Shown: piece by piece, positions 29,396-32,000 of the stretch
Numbering within the stretch: position 1 is the stretch's first letter
Layout of the letters: every line of letters starts with the position of its first letter
NCBI RefSeq assembly: GCF_000195955.2
Contig: NC_000962.3
Coordinates: forward strand, 2,490,001-2,522,000
Reading direction: 5' to 3'
Length of the DNA stretch: 32,000 nt
Source: Mycobacterium tuberculosis H37Rv
Lineage (GTDB): Bacteria > Actinomycetota > Actinomycetes > Mycobacteriales > Mycobacteriaceae
The notes under the pieces: generated by a model
The model's database searches: none
What the model was told of the DNA's origin: nothing
The model's input: only the letters and a program-made list of their open reading frames with translations
Position numbers and translations under genes: made by a program

Positions 29396-30712
29396 GTGGG
29401 GGTCCCCCCGCTTGCGGGGGCGAGTCGGACCGATATGGAAGGAACGTTCGCAAGACCAATGACGGAGCTGGTTACCGGGAAAGCCTTTCCCTACGTAGTC
29501 GTCACCGGCATCGCCATGACGACCGCGCTCGCGACCGACGCGGAGACTACGTGGAAGTTGTTGCTGGACCGCCAAAGCGGGATCCGTACGCTCGATGACC
29601 CATTCGTCGAGGAGTTCGACCTGCCAGTTCGCATCGGCGGACATCTGCTTGAGGAATTCGACCACCAGCTGACGCGGATCGAACTGCGCCGGATGGGATA
29701 CCTGCAGCGGATGTCCACCGTGCTGAGCCGGCGCCTGTGGGAAAATGCCGGCTCACCCGAGGTGGACACCAATCGATTGATGGTGTCCATCGGCACCGGC
29801 CTGGGTTCGGCCGAGGAACTGGTCTTCAGTTACGACGATATGCGCGCTCGCGGAATGAAGGCGGTCTCGCCGCTGACCGTGCAGAAGTACATGCCCAACG
29901 GGGCCGCCGCGGCGGTCGGGTTGGAACGGCACGCCAAGGCCGGGGTGATGACGCCGGTATCGGCGTGCGCATCCGGCGCCGAGGCCATCGCCCGTGCGTG
30001 GCAGCAGATTGTGCTGGGAGAGGCCGATGCCGCCATCTGCGGCGGCGTGGAGACCAGGATCGAAGCGGTGCCCATCGCCGGGTTCGCTCAGATGCGCATC
30101 GTGATGTCCACCAACAACGACGACCCCGCCGGTGCATGCCGCCCATTCGACAGGGACCGCGACGGCTTTGTGTTCGGCGAGGGCGGCGCCCTTCTGTTGA
30201 TCGAGACCGAGGAGCACGCCAAGGCACGTGGCGCCAACATCCTGGCCCGGATCATGGGCGCCAGCATCACCTCCGATGGCTTCCACATGGTGGCCCCGGA
30301 CCCCAACGGGGAACGCGCCGGGCATGCGATTACGCGGGCGATTCAGCTGGCGGGCCTCGCCCCCGGCGACATCGACCACGTCAATGCGCACGCCACCGGC
30401 ACCCAGGTCGGCGACCTGGCCGAAGGCAGGGCCATCAACAACGCCTTGGGCGGCAACCGACCGGCGGTGTACGCCCCCAAGTCTGCCCTCGGCCACTCGG
30501 TGGGCGCGGTCGGCGCGGTCGAATCGATCTTGACGGTGCTCGCGTTGCGCGATCAGGTGATCCCGCCGACACTGAATCTGGTAAACCTCGATCCCGAGAT
30601 CGATTTGGACGTGGTGGCGGGTGAACCGCGACCGGGCAATTACCGGTATGCGATCAATAACTCGTTCGGATTCGGCGGCCACAACGTGGCAATCGCCTTC
30701 GGACGGTACTAA
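29396..30712 (+). CDS. kasB: Beta-ketoacyl-ACP synthase KasB; 438 aa from GTG 29396, or 417 aa from ATG 29459 if aligned to KasA
   Basis: ORF 29396..30712. It is a paralog of KasA along its full length ([50 protein letters not shown]). Start ambiguity is discussed in the findings. Confidence 0.95.
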   Translation: MGVPPLAGASRTDMEGTFARPMTELVTGKAFPYVVVTGIAMTTALATDAETTWKLLLDRQSGIRTLDDPFVEEFDLPVRIGGHLLEEFDHQLTRIELRRMGYLQRMSTVLSRRLWENAGSPEVDTNRLMVSIGTGLGSAEELVFSYDDMRARGMKAVSPLTVQKYMPNGAAAAVGLERHAKAGVMTPVSACASGAEAIARAWQQIVLGEADAAICGGVETRIEAVPIAGFAQMRIVMSTNNDDPAGACRPFDRDRDGFVFGEGGALLLIETEEHAKARGANILARIMGASITSDGFHMVAPDPNGERAGHAITRAIQLAGLAPGDIDHVNAHATGTQVGDLAEGRAINNALGGNRPAVYAPKSALGHSVGAVGAVESILTVLALRDQVIPPTLNLVNLDPEIDLDVVAGEPRPGNYRYAINNSFGFGGHNVAIAFGRY

Positions 30713-30742
30713 ACCCCAGCGTTACGCGACAGGAGACCTGCG

Positions 30743-32000
30743 ATGACAATCATGGCCCCCGAGGCGGTTGGCGAGTCGCTCGACCCCCGCGATCCGCTGT
30801 TGCGGCTGAGCAACTTCTTCGACGACGGCAGCGTGGAATTGCTGCACGAGCGTGACCGCTCCGGAGTGCTGGCCGCGGCGGGCACCGTCAACGGTGTGCG
30901 CACCATCGCGTTCTGCACCGACGGCACCGTGATGGGCGGCGCCATGGGCGTCGAGGGGTGCACGCACATCGTCAACGCCTACGACACTGCCATCGAAGAC
31001 CAGAGTCCCATCGTGGGCATCTGGCATTCGGGTGGTGCCCGGCTGGCTGAAGGTGTGCGGGCGCTGCACGCGGTAGGCCAGGTGTTCGAAGCCATGATCC
31101 GCGCGTCCGGCTACATCCCGCAGATCTCGGTGGTCGTCGGTTTCGCCGCCGGCGGCGCCGCCTACGGACCGGCGTTGACCGACGTCGTCGTCATGGCGCC
31201 GGAAAGCCGGGTGTTCGTCACCGGGCCCGACGTGGTGCGCAGCGTCACCGGCGAGGACGTCGACATGGCCTCGCTCGGTGGGCCGGAGACCCACCACAAG
31301 AAGTCCGGGGTGTGCCACATCGTCGCCGACGACGAACTCGATGCCTACGACCGTGGGCGCCGGTTGGTCGGATTGTTCTGCCAGCAGGGGCATTTCGATC
31401 GCAGCAAGGCCGAGGCCGGTGACACCGACATCCACGCGCTGCTGCCGGAATCCTCGCGACGTGCCTACGACGTGCGTCCGATCGTGACGGCGATCCTCGA
31501 TGCGGACACACCGTTCGACGAGTTCCAGGCCAATTGGGCGCCGTCGATGGTGGTCGGGCTGGGTCGGCTGTCGGGTCGCACGGTGGGTGTACTGGCCAAC
31601 AACCCGCTACGCCTGGGCGGCTGCCTGAACTCCGAAAGCGCAGAGAAGGCAGCGCGTTTCGTGCGGCTGTGCGACGCGTTCGGGATTCCGCTGGTGGTGG
31701 TGGTCGATGTGCCGGGCTATCTGCCCGGTGTCGACCAGGAGTGGGGTGGCGTGGTGCGCCGTGGCGCCAAGTTGCTGCACGCGTTCGGCGAGTGCACCGT
31801 TCCGCGGGTCACGCTGGTCACCCGAAAGACCTACGGCGGGGCATACATTGCGATGAACTCCCGGTCGTTGAACGCGACCAAGGTGTTCGCCTGGCCGGAC
31901 GCCGAGGTCGCGGTGATGGGCGCTAAGGCGGCCGTCGGCATCCTGCACAAGAAGAAGTTGGCCGCCGCTCCGGAGCACGAACGCGAAGCGCTGCACGACC
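30743..32000 (+). CDS. accD6: Acyl-CoA carboxylase carboxyltransferase beta subunit AccD6, first ~419 codons; the 3' end runs off the right edge of the window
   Basis: Absent from the ORF track because there is no stop in the window. The ATG at 30743 is preceded by AGGAG (30731..30735). Hand translation gives MTIMAPEAVGESLDPRDPLLRLSNFFDDGSVELLHERDRSGVLAAAGTVNGVRTIAFCTDGTVMGGAMG..., with carboxyltransferase-domain motifs, continuing in frame to 32000. Confidence 0.93.
   Translation, partial: MTIMAPEAVGESLDPRDPLLRLSNFFDDGSVELLHERDRSGVLAAAGTVNGVRTIAFCTDGTVMGGAMGVEGCTHIVNAYDTAIEDQSPIVGIWHSGGARLAEGVRALHAVGQVFEAMIRASGYIPQISVVVGFAAGGAAYGPALTDVVVMAPESRVFVTGPDVVRSVTGEDVDMASLGGPETHHKKSGVCHIVADDELDAYDRGRRLVGLFCQQGHFDRSKAEAGDTDIHALLPESSRRAYDVRPIVTAILDADTPFDEFQANWAPSMVVGLGRLSGRTVGVLANNPLRLGGCLNSESAEKAARFVRLCDAFGIPLVVVVDVPGYLPGVDQEWGGVVRRGAKLLHAFGECTVPRVTLVTRKTYGGAYIAMNSRSLNATKVFAWPDAEVAVMGAKAAVGILHKKKLAAAPEHEREALHD

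Noticed and set aside
28460-30682. Very long antisense ORFs (401 aa at 28460..29665 and 309 aa at 29753..30682) opposite kasA and kasB.
   Set aside because: The translations are Arg/Gly/His/Asp-rich and low-complexity, with no recognisable domains. The sense frames encode complete, highly conserved ketoacyl synthases. These are high-GC antisense artefacts.

Overview
This GC-rich (~65%) 32-kb window is core chromosome of the Mycobacterium tuberculosis complex. It matches the H37Rv glnE to accD6 region, roughly Rv2221c-Rv2247; locus tags and gene names are from memory, not a search. Gene order, left to right:
- glnE (partial), glnA2
- two tandem paralogous secreted serine hydrolases (Rv2223c-like and hip1/caeA)
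- panB, a CYTH-CHAD protein, RNase P RNA (rnpB)
- a frameshifted 2OG-Fe(II) oxygenase-like gene
- a translationally coupled four-gene operon: cobC-like aminotransferase, NIF3, zinc-ribbon coiled-coil protein, RNase H/histidine-phosphatase fusion
- a decayed vapBC toxin-antitoxin module
- ptkA-ptpA-SURF1-like operon, cobD, a DUF2236-like gene, a small ORF, tRNA-Val(TAC)
- ahpE with two upstream genes, aceE, mabR
- the FAS-II operon: fabD-acpM-kasA-kasB-accD6 (accD6 partial)

I found no CRISPR array, IS element, integrase or prophage, and no convincing undescribed multi-gene system. This is ordinary, well-studied housekeeping DNA. The points worth a second look are small-scale:
1. The vapBC module is broken by frameshifts in both genes.
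2. The first ~40 codons of the ptkA ORF lie antisense to the vapB remnant and lack coding-type codon composition.
3. The oxygenase-like gene carries a 1-nt frameshift.
4. The 718-nt 'empty' gap upstream of hip1 has a coding-like period-3 signal and two TGATG-coupled short ORFs.
5. A perfect TTTTGT-N9-ACAAAA inverted repeat sits in the AT-rich FAS-II promoter region.
6. Start-codon questions exist for kasB and a small ORF.

All coordinates, translations and GC3 counts were done by hand from the sequence and ORF track, so boundaries may be off by a few nt.
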